From assembly GCA_963810275.1 (NCBI GenBank), contig CAWENF010000014.1, positions 32,001-96,000 of the forward strand: a stretch of DNA of 64,000 bases. Direction: 5' to 3'. Positions 20,080 through 30,490 of this stretch are shown here, one piece after another. The position numbers and the translations under genes are program-made. This DNA is from an uncultured archaeon (GTDB lineage Archaea > Thermoproteota > Bathyarchaeia > Bathyarchaeales > Bathycorpusculaceae). Position 1 is the first letter of the stretch; each line of letters opens with the position of its first letter. The notes below the pieces were generated by a model. That model did not search any database, had not been told where the DNA came from, and worked only from the letters and a program-made list of their open reading frames with translations.

Positions 20080-20364
20080 ATGCATATTGATTTGCTTTCA
20101 ATAATGTTCATTATTGTGGCTGTCGGCGCAGTGGTGCTATTCACTTTACTGCCAAGGTACGGTCCGCACTACACTTCGCGATTAACATGCCCAGTATGCA
20201 AGAAAACTTTTAATTTCCACTGGATACCCGGCGCAACCTTAACCTCACTTATCCGCCGTAACTACCGTGACCTAAAATGTCCCTACTGTCACCGCAAAGC
20301 CACATACGACGTAATGGTCACTCGAGTGCGCACGCCAAGACCTCTGAAAAAAGTCAAGGCGTAA
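20080..20364 (+). CDS. Small membrane-anchored zinc-ribbon protein
   Basis: N-terminal TM helix followed by CPVC...CPYC. Confidence 0.65.
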   Translation: MHIDLLSIMFIIVAVGAVVLFTLLPRYGPHYTSRLTCPVCKKTFNFHWIPGATLTSLIRRNYRDLKCPYCHRKATYDVMVTRVRTPRPLKKVKA

Positions 20365-20449
20365 GCGTAGCAGCGCTCTGTTTGTTGTAGATGGATTTAT
20401 TATTTAGCAGTACAATCATTTTTCCTGTACCGATTCAGGTGAAATCTGC

Positions 20450-21636
20450 ATGAAAGTATTACTTAACGATGGTTTAGAGAAGGAAGGCTTAGCTATTTTC
20501 CAAGAAGCAGGCATCGAAACCGACACTAAAAAACGTGACCCCCAGCAGTTGGTCGCAGACATAGCCGGCTTCGACGCCATAGTAGTTAGAAGCGCCACCA
20601 AAGTCACCCGCGAAGTTATCGAGGCAGGCGCCAAAGGAAAACTCAAAATCATCGGACGCGCAGGCGTAGGCTACGACAACATCGACTCAGCCGCCGCCTC
20701 AGAAAATGGAATAGTCGTTAAAATCGCTCCATTTGGCAGCACCAACTCCGTCGCAGAACTCACAGTCGGGTTGATGATTGCAATTTCACGAAACACTCCC
20801 CAAGCACATCATTCACTCAAAAACGGTGTGTGGTTAAAGAAGAAAATGAAGGGCAGAGAACTCAAAGGCAAAACGATAGGGTTAATCGGCTGTGGGAGAA
20901 TAGGTCAGAAAGTCGCCCAAATCTCCAAACGGGGCTTTGACATGGAAATAATCGGCTACGATATTTGTCCTTGCCCAGAGAGCGGTATCAAATTCCTCGC
21001 CACCAAAGAAGAGGTCCTCAAAGAAGCAGATTATATCAGCGTGCATACAGGTGGCAAAGCAGTCATCATCGGCGCACAAGAACTCGCAGCCATGAAACCC
21101 ACCGCATACATTATCAACACCAGCAGAGGCAACAACATCGACCAACAGGCGCTGTACGCTGCACTCAAAGACGGTAAAATCGGCGGTTACGCAACCGACG
21201 TCTACAAAGAGGAACCCAAAATCGAAGGCGACCCCTTCAACGACAAACTAAAAGAACTTGCACAACGTCGTGTTAAGCAGCCACCTTGGCGCATCCACCG
21301 TTGAGGCACAACAGTGAAACTGCTACCGAAATGGCACGCGTGCTCTGCAGTTACTTGCTGGGTGGCGACTTTACTAACGCCGTTAATGCAGGCGAATGCA
21401 TCGAACTGGAAGAAAAAGAAATTTTCACGTTGTTTGTCCATCACAAAGACGTACCTGGAGTATTCGCTAACATTGACAAAGTATTAGCTGACAGCAACAT
21501 CAACATCCGAGCTAACTATTCTCGCCAAATCAACACTGGTTACGCCATCAGCGTATATGTATTACACCAGAAAGCGCCCGAGGAAGTCGTGGTCAAACTA
21601 AAAGCTATCCCCAACGTTTGCAGCGTAAAATCCTAA
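20450..21636 (+). CDS. serA: Second phosphoglycerate dehydrogenase-like enzyme with C-terminal ACT domain (two apparent +1 frameshifts near 21260 and 21310)
   Basis: GRAGVGYDNID, GLIGCGRIG, NTSRG; an intermediate frame gives NVVLSSHLGASTVEAQ; ACT motif HKDVPGVFA...NINI. Confidence 0.8.
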
Positions 21637-21693
21637 AAAAGCCCATTTTATTCAAAAGGGCATATTAACATCTTTTTCTTCTTTTCTGTAACC

Positions 21694-22373
21694 ATGAACC
21701 TTTGCGTGCTGTTTTCAGGAGGCAAAGACTCCACCCTCGCACTGCACATTGCAGCGCAAAAGGAAACTGTAGCTTGCTTAATTACCGTTGAGTCCAAAAA
21801 CGTCGAGAGCTTCATGTTTCATACTCCAAATATCGACATGACAACCATGCAGGCAGAGGCACTTGGGTTGCCGCTGGTCAAAGTGGAGACAGAAGGACAA
21901 AAAGAGGCTGAGTTGAGGATTTGGAGAGCGCCATCAATGAAGCTAAAACCCGCTACAGCATCAAGGGAGTAGTGACAGGCGCTGTTGAGTCGGTTTATCA
22001 GGCGTCTCGGGTGCAGCGCATCTGCAAGCAGACTGGATTTGTGGCAGTTTAATCCTCTTTGGAAAACAAACCAAAAACAGCTACTTGAAACACTCGTCGA
22101 AAAAAAGTTTGAAGTCATCATTTCAGGCGTGTTTGCTTATCCGCTAGATGGAAAATGGCTGGGAAAATGGATAAACTCCGAAATAATCGCCAAACTTGTA
22201 AGGCTCCAAGGCGAGTATGGCATAAGCCCAAGTGGGGAAGGGGGCGAAATTGAAACAACCGTATTGGATGCACCGATGTTCAGGCAAAAATTAGAATCAC
22301 AGAATCCGAAGCCAAATGGAGCGGCAGTTCAGGCGTATACCAAATCAAGCAGGCGAGGTTAACTCCGAAGTGA
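21694..22373 (+). CDS. Diphthine-ammonia ligase (Dph6-type PP-loop ATPase); frameshifts near 21915, 22027 and 22290
   Basis: LFSGGKDS, SFMFH, VVTGAVESVYQ in the shifted frame, PLW, SGEGGEIETTVLDAPMF. Confidence 0.82.
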
Positions 22374-22914
22374 TTATTGTTGTCGACATGAACTGGAAAC
22401 CCGACTCACTGGCTTTTAGCGAGTTTGTATCGCCCATCTTATCGGCAGTCGAAGGCATCGAACCTGTACTGGTCATGCATTACCTTGAATTGACCCTGCA
22501 GGACTTGAAGGAATGCAGCCGCATAATTCTATCAGGAACTACACTAAAGGATTTTGAGGCACAGAAGCACCTTGAAACGTTTGGGTGGCTGAAGGCCTGG
22601 GAGAAGCCTGTTTTGGGGATATGCGCAGGCATGCAAATCATCAGCCTCGTCTTTATGACGTGCCGTTGGCAGATTGCATGCAAGTGGGGATGACCGAAAT
22701 CGCTACAGCCAAAGAGAACCCACTGTTTGGAGGAACTTTTCAGGCATACACTCTTCATAGTCTCTCTGTAGCACCCTCAGATATCTTCGAAACTTTGGCT
22801 AATTCGGAAAATTGTATCCAAGCCACAAAACACAAACAAAAACCCATCTTCGGCGTTCTGTTCCACCCAGAAGTGAGAAACCCAGAGATACTAAAAAAAT
22901 TTGTTTTGATTTAA
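22370..22914 (+). CDS. Stand-alone class I glutamine amidotransferase (frameshift near 22655)
   Basis: IILSG, PVLGICAGMQ nucleophile Cys, GVLFHPE His-Glu; GTG start overlaps the Dph6 TGA (GTGA). Confidence 0.78.
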
Positions 22915-23144
22915 CAAAAAAAAGAAAAATGGGGGTGGGTCAGCTTTTAGGTTGCTACTTACCCAGTTACTGACATCGGTAGGTCAAGTACATATATAGT
23001 GGTGTACGGTTGACGAATTCATCTGCGTTAAGCCGCATGAAGTCTCAGTAAAACGGCGGCTTCATTAAGTCACCTTAGAGCTTGGCAAAAAAAGTTAAAT
23101 GGCAAAACCACCTTTTTCAATAGTGAAGTTTTGGTGGAGTCATT

Positions 23145-25556
23145 TTGATTAACAAATTACCTGTTGAGAAACTACGCAACACCTGTAACGCAGACTTCTT
23201 GCACTGTGAATCCACAGCCGATTTGAAGCCCAGAACTGAAATCATTGGGCAAGAACGCGCCGTCCGAGCGCTCAAATTCGGGTTAGGTATAAAAAACCAC
23301 GGCTTTAACATGTACGTGGCAGGCTACCCAGGCACAGGCAGAAAAACCGCAGTGAAAAGCTTTGTAGAGGCACAGGCAAAGAAGCAGCCGGTGCCCAGCG
23401 ACTGGTGCTACGTCAACAACTTCGGCAACCAATATGAACCTAAAGCCATCGAGCTGGAGCCGGGCAGAGGCAAAGGGTTCAAAGAAGACATGAAAAACTT
23501 CATTGAAAACGTCAGAAACGATCTGCCTAAAGCGTTTGAAAGCGAAGACTACGCATCACGCCGAGAAGCTACCCTTAGTAACCTTGAAAAGCAACGCAAA
23601 CGCTTAATCGACGAGTTAAACGCTAAAGCCCAAAGTGAAGGTTTTGTTATTCAAACTACGCCTGTGGGGCTACTGCTTGTGCCAGTCTTGGATGGCAAAC
23701 CCCTTAGTGAGGAAGAAATGCTTGCTCTGCCACAGGAGACTAAGGATAAGCTATCTGAAAAACGCGAGAAGCTGGAGGGGCAGTTTCGTAATGCGATGCT
23801 TCAACTCATCGATATGGAACGTCAAATCCACGAGACACTCAAGAAGCTAAACAAAGAAGTGGCACTCTACGCCATCGGCAGCCAACTCCAAGGTCTATTG
23901 GACAAGTACCAAGGCAACACGCAGGTCACAGATTACCTCAAAGCTGTGGAAAAAGACATAATCGAGAATCTACCGCAGTTTGTAGGTAGAGGGGAAGAGA
24001 AAAAACAGCCTTTTCAGCTACCATGGATGCGTGAGGAGCCATACCGGAAATACGAAGTAAACGTTGTCATAGACAACTCGGAAACAAAAGGCGCCCCCGT
24101 AATTATGGAAACCAACCCCACTTACCCTAACCTGCTGGGCAAAACAGAGAAAGAAGCCCAATTCGGCGCCCTAAACACCGATTTTAGCATGATAAGGGGC
24201 GGTAGCATCCACAAAGCAAATGGCGGCTTCCTCATTGTCCCTGTCGAAGACCTCCTCAGAAACCCACTTGCCTACGACGGCTTAAAACGCGATCTAAAAG
24301 ACTCAAAAATGGCCATTGAGGAGCCCGAGGAACGCTACGGCTTTCTAAGCATAAAAACCATCAAGCCCCAACCTATACCTCTCACAGCCAAAGTCATCTT
24401 AATCGGCGACCCCAACCTTTACCAGATGATGTACAGCTTAGATCCTGACTTTCGCGAACTTTTTAAAATCAAAGCAGAATTCGACACCAAAATGCCCCGC
24501 ACCGACGAAAACGCCCGCCAATACGCCGCCTTAATCTGCGGACTATGTGAAAAAGAGGGAATGAGGCACATTGACGGCGGCGGCTTAGCCAAACTCATAG
24601 AGTACAGCAGCCGGCTTGTGGAGGACCAACAGAAGCTCTCCACTCAGTTCTCGCTTGTCGCCGACGTGATTAGAGAAGCAAACTTTTACGCTAACCAAGA
24701 AGATGCCAAACGCATAACTGCAAAAAATGTTGAGAAAGCGATTGAAGAAAAACTCTACCGCAGCAAACTAATCCAAGAAAAAATGCAGGAGATGGTTAAC
24801 CGTGGATTTTTCCTCATTGACACTTCTGAGGTTAAAGTGGGACAAATTAACGGACTCTCTGTGGCTGGACTTGGCGACTTCTCCTTTGGCATGCCCTCAC
24901 GCGTCACCGTCAGTATAGGGTTAGGCAAGGAAGGCATCATCGACATCGAGCGAGAAGCAAAAATGGGTGGCCCCATTCACACCAAAGGCGTCTTAATCTT
25001 AAGCGGCTACTTAAACGACAAATACGCACGCGACAAACCGCTTAGCCTAAGCGCCAGATTGGTATTCGAGCAAAACTATGGCGGCGTCGAAGGCGACAGC
25101 GCGTCCAGCACGGAACTATACAGCATCCTATCAGCACTTAGCGGCGTGCCCATAAAGCAGTTCTTTGCTGTCACTGGTTCTGTTAACCAGAAAGGTGAGG
25201 TACAAGCTATTGGAGGAGTAAACGAAAAAATTGAAGGCTTCTTTGAAATCTGCAAACTCAAAGGATTAACAGGCAATCAGGCGGTTATGATTCCAGAGAG
25301 CAATGTACAGAATCTCATGCTTAAAGAAGAAGTTCTAGATGCAGTCAAAGAAGGTAAATTCAGCATCTACTCAGTTAAATCAATCGACGAAGGCATCGAA
25401 GTCCTCACAGGCGTTAAAGCAGGTGTGCTTCGACAGGACGGCACCTACCCCGAAGGCACCTTGAACTATAAGGTAACTAAAGCGTTAGGAGAGATGGCTG
25501 AGAAACTAAAAAGCTACGCAGCCCCCGAGGCTAAGACGCCAGAACCAGACAAATAA
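23145..25556 (+). CDS. Lon-like protease, LonC / AAA_32 type, soluble
   Basis: IIGQERA, GYPGTGRKT, DWCYVNNF, HKANGGFL, GQINGL, VEGDSASS (Ser), GGVNEKIEGF (Lys). Confidence 0.9.
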   Translation: MINKLPVEKLRNTCNADFLHCESTADLKPRTEIIGQERAVRALKFGLGIKNHGFNMYVAGYPGTGRKTAVKSFVEAQAKKQPVPSDWCYVNNFGNQYEPKAIELEPGRGKGFKEDMKNFIENVRNDLPKAFESEDYASRREATLSNLEKQRKRLIDELNAKAQSEGFVIQTTPVGLLLVPVLDGKPLSEEEMLALPQETKDKLSEKREKLEGQFRNAMLQLIDMERQIHETLKKLNKEVALYAIGSQLQGLLDKYQGNTQVTDYLKAVEKDIIENLPQFVGRGEEKKQPFQLPWMREEPYRKYEVNVVIDNSETKGAPVIMETNPTYPNLLGKTEKEAQFGALNTDFSMIRGGSIHKANGGFLIVPVEDLLRNPLAYDGLKRDLKDSKMAIEEPEERYGFLSIKTIKPQPIPLTAKVILIGDPNLYQMMYSLDPDFRELFKIKAEFDTKMPRTDENARQYAALICGLCEKEGMRHIDGGGLAKLIEYSSRLVEDQQKLSTQFSLVADVIREANFYANQEDAKRITAKNVEKAIEEKLYRSKLIQEKMQEMVNRGFFLIDTSEVKVGQINGLSVAGLGDFSFGMPSRVTVSIGLGKEGIIDIEREAKMGGPIHTKGVLILSGYLNDKYARDKPLSLSARLVFEQNYGGVEGDSASSTELYSILSALSGVPIKQFFAVTGSVNQKGEVQAIGGVNEKIEGFFEICKLKGLTGNQAVMIPESNVQNLMLKEEVLDAVKEGKFSIYSVKSIDEGIEVLTGVKAGVLRQDGTYPEGTLNYKVTKALGEMAEKLKSYAAPEAKTPEPDK

Positions 25557-25743
25557 TAACAACTAACCAGCCCTTCATTTTTTATCTATGTGTGAATAGC
25601 AGAAATTTACCGCCTTATTTCTTAGCAAATGGTGTTTTCTTTTACTTTTCGTGAGTGGTTGCTGAAGAATGGTTTTACTTGTCAACAGCTACAGCGACGC
25701 AACTATTATTAATACTTAATACACACTAAATTTTGGTGACAAC

Positions 25744-28116
25744 ATGACTTTTAATCCTGACATAAAAAAAACCCTGTCAACAAGACCCGCAATCAGCAGA
25801 GCAATAAAGCAGCCAACCTCAACCCGAAATAAAACTCCCGTTAGTATAGTAGTATCTTTAAAAGTACTAGACGAAGCAAAACCCGAAGACATTCAAAAAG
25901 GAATAGCGTATGCTTTTTCCAAAGGAGGCACATTTCTCGCAAAGGCAAACCTAACCCCCAAAGGAACCGCCCAGTTAACATTGAATTTACCCATTTCCGA
26001 GACCGCACAGTCAATACGAGTAATCGTTGGCCCAGATCTATCAGAAAAACAAACCGTAACTGAACTGCTACGCTTTGGAGGCGAACAAGTATATGTTCAG
26101 ATACCGCCAAAGATACGCCAACAAACCGCAGTTATTCAGGTAATCTCAAAGCAGATACTATGCTGGATTCTGAGCCGCTGCATAGTGCGTGGAACAGTCC
26201 TAAAAAGAGTGGTAAGCGGCGGAATCACATTGGATTTGCCTGTATGTGGAGCAACAGTCGAAGTCTACGAAGTTGACCCAGTATACCTTCTGATACCTAA
26301 ATTACCAATCGAAATTATCGAGCACATAAGAGAATTCATAACAAACCCCCCACCTCCTTGGCCCCCAATCAGAGAAATCATTCAGAAACAGCCCTCAATC
26401 GGCCCATTACCCCCACAACCTCTCGTGATAGGCAGCAACAAAATAAAAGAGATCTCAATTAACAAATCATTGGAACCGCAGATTTTAATGCAGAAAAGGA
26501 GCTGCATTAATGCCTCCGCATCGGAGGGTAACACACTTCAGGAAAACTCCACTGACAAAGACATGGCAAATCTACGAGTTTTAGCCCTAACCACCAACAC
26601 TGAACAATTCAGGCAAGTTTTAATAAATTACGCTGAAGTAACAAAATCCATCATATGCATGTTTCCTTTTGCAACGGCTCATATGGATCTAGTAGCGACA
26701 GCAGTAACTGCAGAATGCGGCAAATTTAAAGCAATGTTCTTCAGAGGATGTTACAACACAGACAAACCAGACCTCTATTTCAAGGTTAAACAAAAAATAT
26801 TCCCAACGTTCCCGCCAATTAACATCTATGCACCAACACCAGTGCTTTGCAACACATTCTGGAATTACCAATGCGGAACACAAGAAGTAACCCTTCACGT
26901 TACTCATCCACTTGCAAGAACCAATGCACCCTGCCAACCAGTAGATGCACCACTAAACTGGGTATTATTTATGGCAATCGGCAACCACCCACTAAGCAAA
27001 ATCCGTGGGACCAGCACCACACTTTCAGCATCAACAACCACCGACAACTTGGGCTTAACAGATACCGATGCGCCATTTGGAGAAACATTAAGGCCACGCC
27101 TCGAATTTGACAACAACCTGCGGGAAGACTTAGGCGTAAAATACTATCAAGTATCTTACCGCAAAGGAACCACAAGTGCTTTTGTTCCACTTACAGCCAC
27201 TATTAATCGACATTACACACATGAAATAGGCGACGACCTAGTGCTTGAAGTTTATAACCTTGGACCTAAATCCGAAAAAGCCCCGGGCGTACCCTTGGCA
27301 AACCAAAACCTCTTCGAAATCCCACCGGCACTTCCACCAACAGGTCAATGGAGCACACCTGACGCAGTTGAAGATACTGCCAGCGCTAAATTCCCAACCG
27401 TGAACTTGGCTGAACTTCATGAACCAGGCGTAATGTGGCCTGAAAGTGGATTATACCAAATCAAAGTTGACCTCTTTGACGCAGACGGACAAATAGTCAA
27501 CATCGATGCCCTGAACATAAAATACCGTATTCCATCATCAACAGATCTTTCAGGTACAATTGAAACCGAAGATGCCGCCAGCGGTCTGCTGGAAAATGGC
27601 GTACCTGCAAGTTCAGGATTAATCTATGATGACAACGGCGACGGTAAAAAAAGCATGATTATCACATTAAACATCGACAACAGCCTGTGCAAAGCGGAAA
27701 TCCCAGCACCAACACTTGACGGTGTAGCTGCAGGAGATGATTGTGGAGTAATGAAATACGATAGCGGACCAGGTCCACTAAAAGCCCCTGAAGGATCAGT
27801 GGAGCTATACTACAGACCAGAACATCCGCTTGGAGTCGGAACCAAAGGTTTTGCAACCTTCAGCTTCTCACTCACACGCGGAGGAAACCCTCAACAACTG
27901 ATAGATTCAGGCAGAACACCTTTACCCCCCGCAATTAACTCAGCAACTCGCACTTCCCAAGAAATCCTCGGATTCTGCGACACCGCAGGCTTTGTTGAAC
28001 ACATGCATGTCTATGCTATGGCTACTTCAGGCTGGCGTAGACTCCATGAGTACGACGCTCAAGCAGTAAGAGGATTTGTTTTAGCGCCAAAGGGTAAACA
28101 ACAAGGACCGACATAA
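25744..28116 (+). CDS. Large hypothetical protein (790 aa) with Pro-rich linker
   Basis: Long uninterrupted ORF, GGTGA SD upstream, T-rich terminator downstream; no family recognised. Confidence 0.8.
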   Translation: MTFNPDIKKTLSTRPAISRAIKQPTSTRNKTPVSIVVSLKVLDEAKPEDIQKGIAYAFSKGGTFLAKANLTPKGTAQLTLNLPISETAQSIRVIVGPDLSEKQTVTELLRFGGEQVYVQIPPKIRQQTAVIQVISKQILCWILSRCIVRGTVLKRVVSGGITLDLPVCGATVEVYEVDPVYLLIPKLPIEIIEHIREFITNPPPPWPPIREIIQKQPSIGPLPPQPLVIGSNKIKEISINKSLEPQILMQKRSCINASASEGNTLQENSTDKDMANLRVLALTTNTEQFRQVLINYAEVTKSIICMFPFATAHMDLVATAVTAECGKFKAMFFRGCYNTDKPDLYFKVKQKIFPTFPPINIYAPTPVLCNTFWNYQCGTQEVTLHVTHPLARTNAPCQPVDAPLNWVLFMAIGNHPLSKIRGTSTTLSASTTTDNLGLTDTDAPFGETLRPRLEFDNNLREDLGVKYYQVSYRKGTTSAFVPLTATINRHYTHEIGDDLVLEVYNLGPKSEKAPGVPLANQNLFEIPPALPPTGQWSTPDAVEDTASAKFPTVNLAELHEPGVMWPESGLYQIKVDLFDADGQIVNIDALNIKYRIPSSTDLSGTIETEDAASGLLENGVPASSGLIYDDNGDGKKSMIITLNIDNSLCKAEIPAPTLDGVAAGDDCGVMKYDSGPGPLKAPEGSVELYYRPEHPLGVGTKGFATFSFSLTRGGNPQQLIDSGRTPLPPAINSATRTSQEILGFCDTAGFVEHMHVYAMATSGWRRLHEYDAQAVRGFVLAPKGKQQGPT

Positions 28117-28120
28117 ACAC

Positions 28121-28140
28121 ATCTTTTTTCCCTTTTTTTA
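28121..28140 (+). terminator. Archaeal oligo-T terminator
   Basis: CTTTTTTCCCTTTTTTT immediately after the stop of the 790-aa ORF. Confidence 0.5.
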
Positions 28141-28301
28141 TATAAAAATAATCAATAGATTGCTTTTCAGCCAGTTATGTTTACAAAAAAGATGTCGTTA
28201 GTATGTATCAGTCACAAATGCTTATACACCTAGCGGCGTGTCTTTAGTTTAAGCAAAAGGTAAAAGTCCAAAGGAAAAACCACCAAGCCTCGTAAGAGGA
28301 G

Positions 28302-28628
28302 GTGAAACATATTTCTAAAACATTGGCAAACATAGGCTTCATTTTGGCTTTAATCGGCAGTTTAATTCTGATAATAGTTGGAATAGGAGCAGCGCTTGGA
28401 ATCTTTTTTTTCATATTCTATCCACTGTACTCATTAGGCGCTTTTTTCTGGGGGATCGCCATGATTGTTGTAGGCATCTTAGCGGCAGGGTCTTCAAAAT
28501 TTGTCAGTAACGTTGGAGCAGCGATTTGGCTGATAATTCTCGCCATCATCGCAGGAATCTTCGGAGCCGGATTTGTAGCCTGGTTAATTGCAATCGGAGC
28601 AATACTCGGATTATTATCAAGGCTATAA
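28302..28628 (+). CDS. Small Gly/Ile-rich membrane protein
   Basis: GGAGG directly upstream; three to four hydrophobic segments. Confidence 0.7.
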   Translation: MKHISKTLANIGFILALIGSLILIIVGIGAALGIFFFIFYPLYSLGAFFWGIAMIVVGILAAGSSKFVSNVGAAIWLIILAIIAGIFGAGFVAWLIAIGAILGLLSRL

Positions 28629-28877
28629 CTTACACTATCGACGATTAGATACGAAGTAGCCAAATCAGAAAATAGAAGCCACCTGACACTGACCGTTTAT
28701 TACTGAATAAGCCTTGCCATAATCCACCTTTTTCCAAAAGTTTTTTGAGAAACGCCCAAAGTTTCCTTTACGGGAAATCGTCTTCGTATTTGTTTTGCGA
28801 GTTTTAAATTAAAGAAAGGTAAACTAAAAAAGGGAAAAATTAGCCACGCCTTATTTCGGTTAATAAAGCCTAAATTA

Positions 28878-29150
28878 TCAGTGTCTTTCAGTTCTTATTC
28901 CTACACGCATGCCTTCAAGATCTGAATCGGTAAGTTCTTCTTTAAGAATAACAGACTCTCCACTGATAGAGCCCATCTTGCTTGTTGGCAATGGCACGAT
29001 CTTCTTTTGTAGAAACCCCAGCTTTTTCACGTAGATTTGAAGTCTGCATCATCTTTACATCGACTACGTTAACAGTCCAGTTATTGTCGTCAATTTCAAC
29101 GTCTTCGACTTGGCCTATTCTTAATCCGCGTTTGGCATGCCTGTACGCAC
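28878..29150 (-). pseudogene. PRC-barrel protein, frameshifted or degraded
   Basis: Manual translation GLRIGQVEDVEIDDNNWTVNVVDVK, then in another frame KKLGFLQKKIVPLPTSKMGSISGESVILKEEL. Confidence 0.6.
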
Positions 29151-29890
29151 ATAGGAGAGTTGGATTCGCTCTATGGCAAGGTAGTTTCTCTCTGATGAAA
29201 GTAAAGTGCGAATAAGAGCCAGTTGCGTGTTGTCATCCAAAAAAGTCAGAAACTCCTTCACTTAAAAGATAGATTTTGTGAACTTTAAAACGTTGCAAAC
29301 GCGTTTAGCCAGCAGAGTTTTGTTGGTTTTTTAGTCTGTATCATGAGTTATCAAAGCTTTTCTGTGGTGTAGCAAGATTTACTGGTTTGATGCGCATTTC
29401 GGTTAGTAAAAGAAGAAGCAAGCGGAGAAGCAAAACCTTAATGTTGCTTATGCTTCCGCCGCTGGTCTCTCGGGCGTTAGTCGGTTACCTCATAAGCTGG
29501 CTGTATTATTCGCGTCAAAGAACATGAAAAACCCGACGTAACACCGAAAAAACGCGGAAACGAGGAAGGCTTAACTTTTATCCCGCGTTTGACAAAGAAC
29601 GCCTATCACAAGAAATCCGCCGGTAACGACGATGCCGTGCGCTTGGGTAGGGCTTGTTGTTGATGGTATGCAATCACAACGCCATTTATACCTTGTAGAG
29701 AGAAGTATTTCTTGCGAGAAATAGCCATCCAAGAGGTACACCCAAAGCTTGGCGGGTCAACTGTTAACTTGGGCATCAATCGCTCAAGACCCTAAAGGAA
29801 GGATTAGGGATCGCCTTTTGATTTGTGCCCTGTGTTTAACCGTGGTTGGTTCGCCAAGCCTACTTTTAGTTACCCCTCCCCTCTAAGGGT

Positions 29891-30304
29891 ATGTCGTATC
29901 TATGTAGCAGTTATATGCTTTTTAGAAGTATTCATAGCTCCGTGAAAACCGTGAGTTATAAACAGCTAATGCATCCAAAAGTAAGCAAAGCCGAAATTGA
30001 AGTTTTCAAAACCCTCAGCACTCAGGGCTTAACAGGTGGCTTGGTCACCCAGCAACCTATTATCCTCAAATCCACCATACCCGACTTTTGCTGGGTGGAG
30101 AAACGCAAAATCATCTACCTTGACGGCAACCCAGTGCACAAAAAAGACAAGCAACTAAGAAAAGACGAGGAAATCGACGAGTTACTGGAGCAGCAAGGCT
30201 GGGATGTGCTACGCATTCCGTATGATCCACCTTTGACTGAGAAGGGTTTGCAGAAGGTAATGGCGCAGATTAAGCGATTTCTAAATGTCATCGACGATGA
30301 GTAA
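29891..30304 (+). CDS. DUF559/Vsr-like PD-(D/E)XK endonuclease domain protein
   Basis: IPDF....KIIYLDG..VH......KDEEIDELL...GWDVLRI; true start probably 29942 or 29969. Confidence 0.75.
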   Translation: MSYLCSSYMLFRSIHSSVKTVSYKQLMHPKVSKAEIEVFKTLSTQGLTGGLVTQQPIILKSTIPDFCWVEKRKIIYLDGNPVHKKDKQLRKDEEIDELLEQQGWDVLRIPYDPPLTEKGLQKVMAQIKRFLNVIDDE

Positions 30305-30490
30305 ATAGTCTAAAGAATTCTCTTACTTCTTCGTTGTTATTTCGGGGAGTTTTTTAAATTTTTTTATTACAAAAACCAAAAATCCTTTTTTTAACCGCAG
30401 TCACGCCGAAAATATCTTTCTGGAGTCACAAAACGCAGAGCGCCGAAGGAAAAATTTTAGATGTGATAAAAGTATAACATACGCTTAGGT

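Noticed and set aside
29400-29880. RNase P or SRP RNA in the long intergenic gap
   Set aside because: No GAGGAAAGTCC-type or SRP helix 8 signature was found on either strand by eye.
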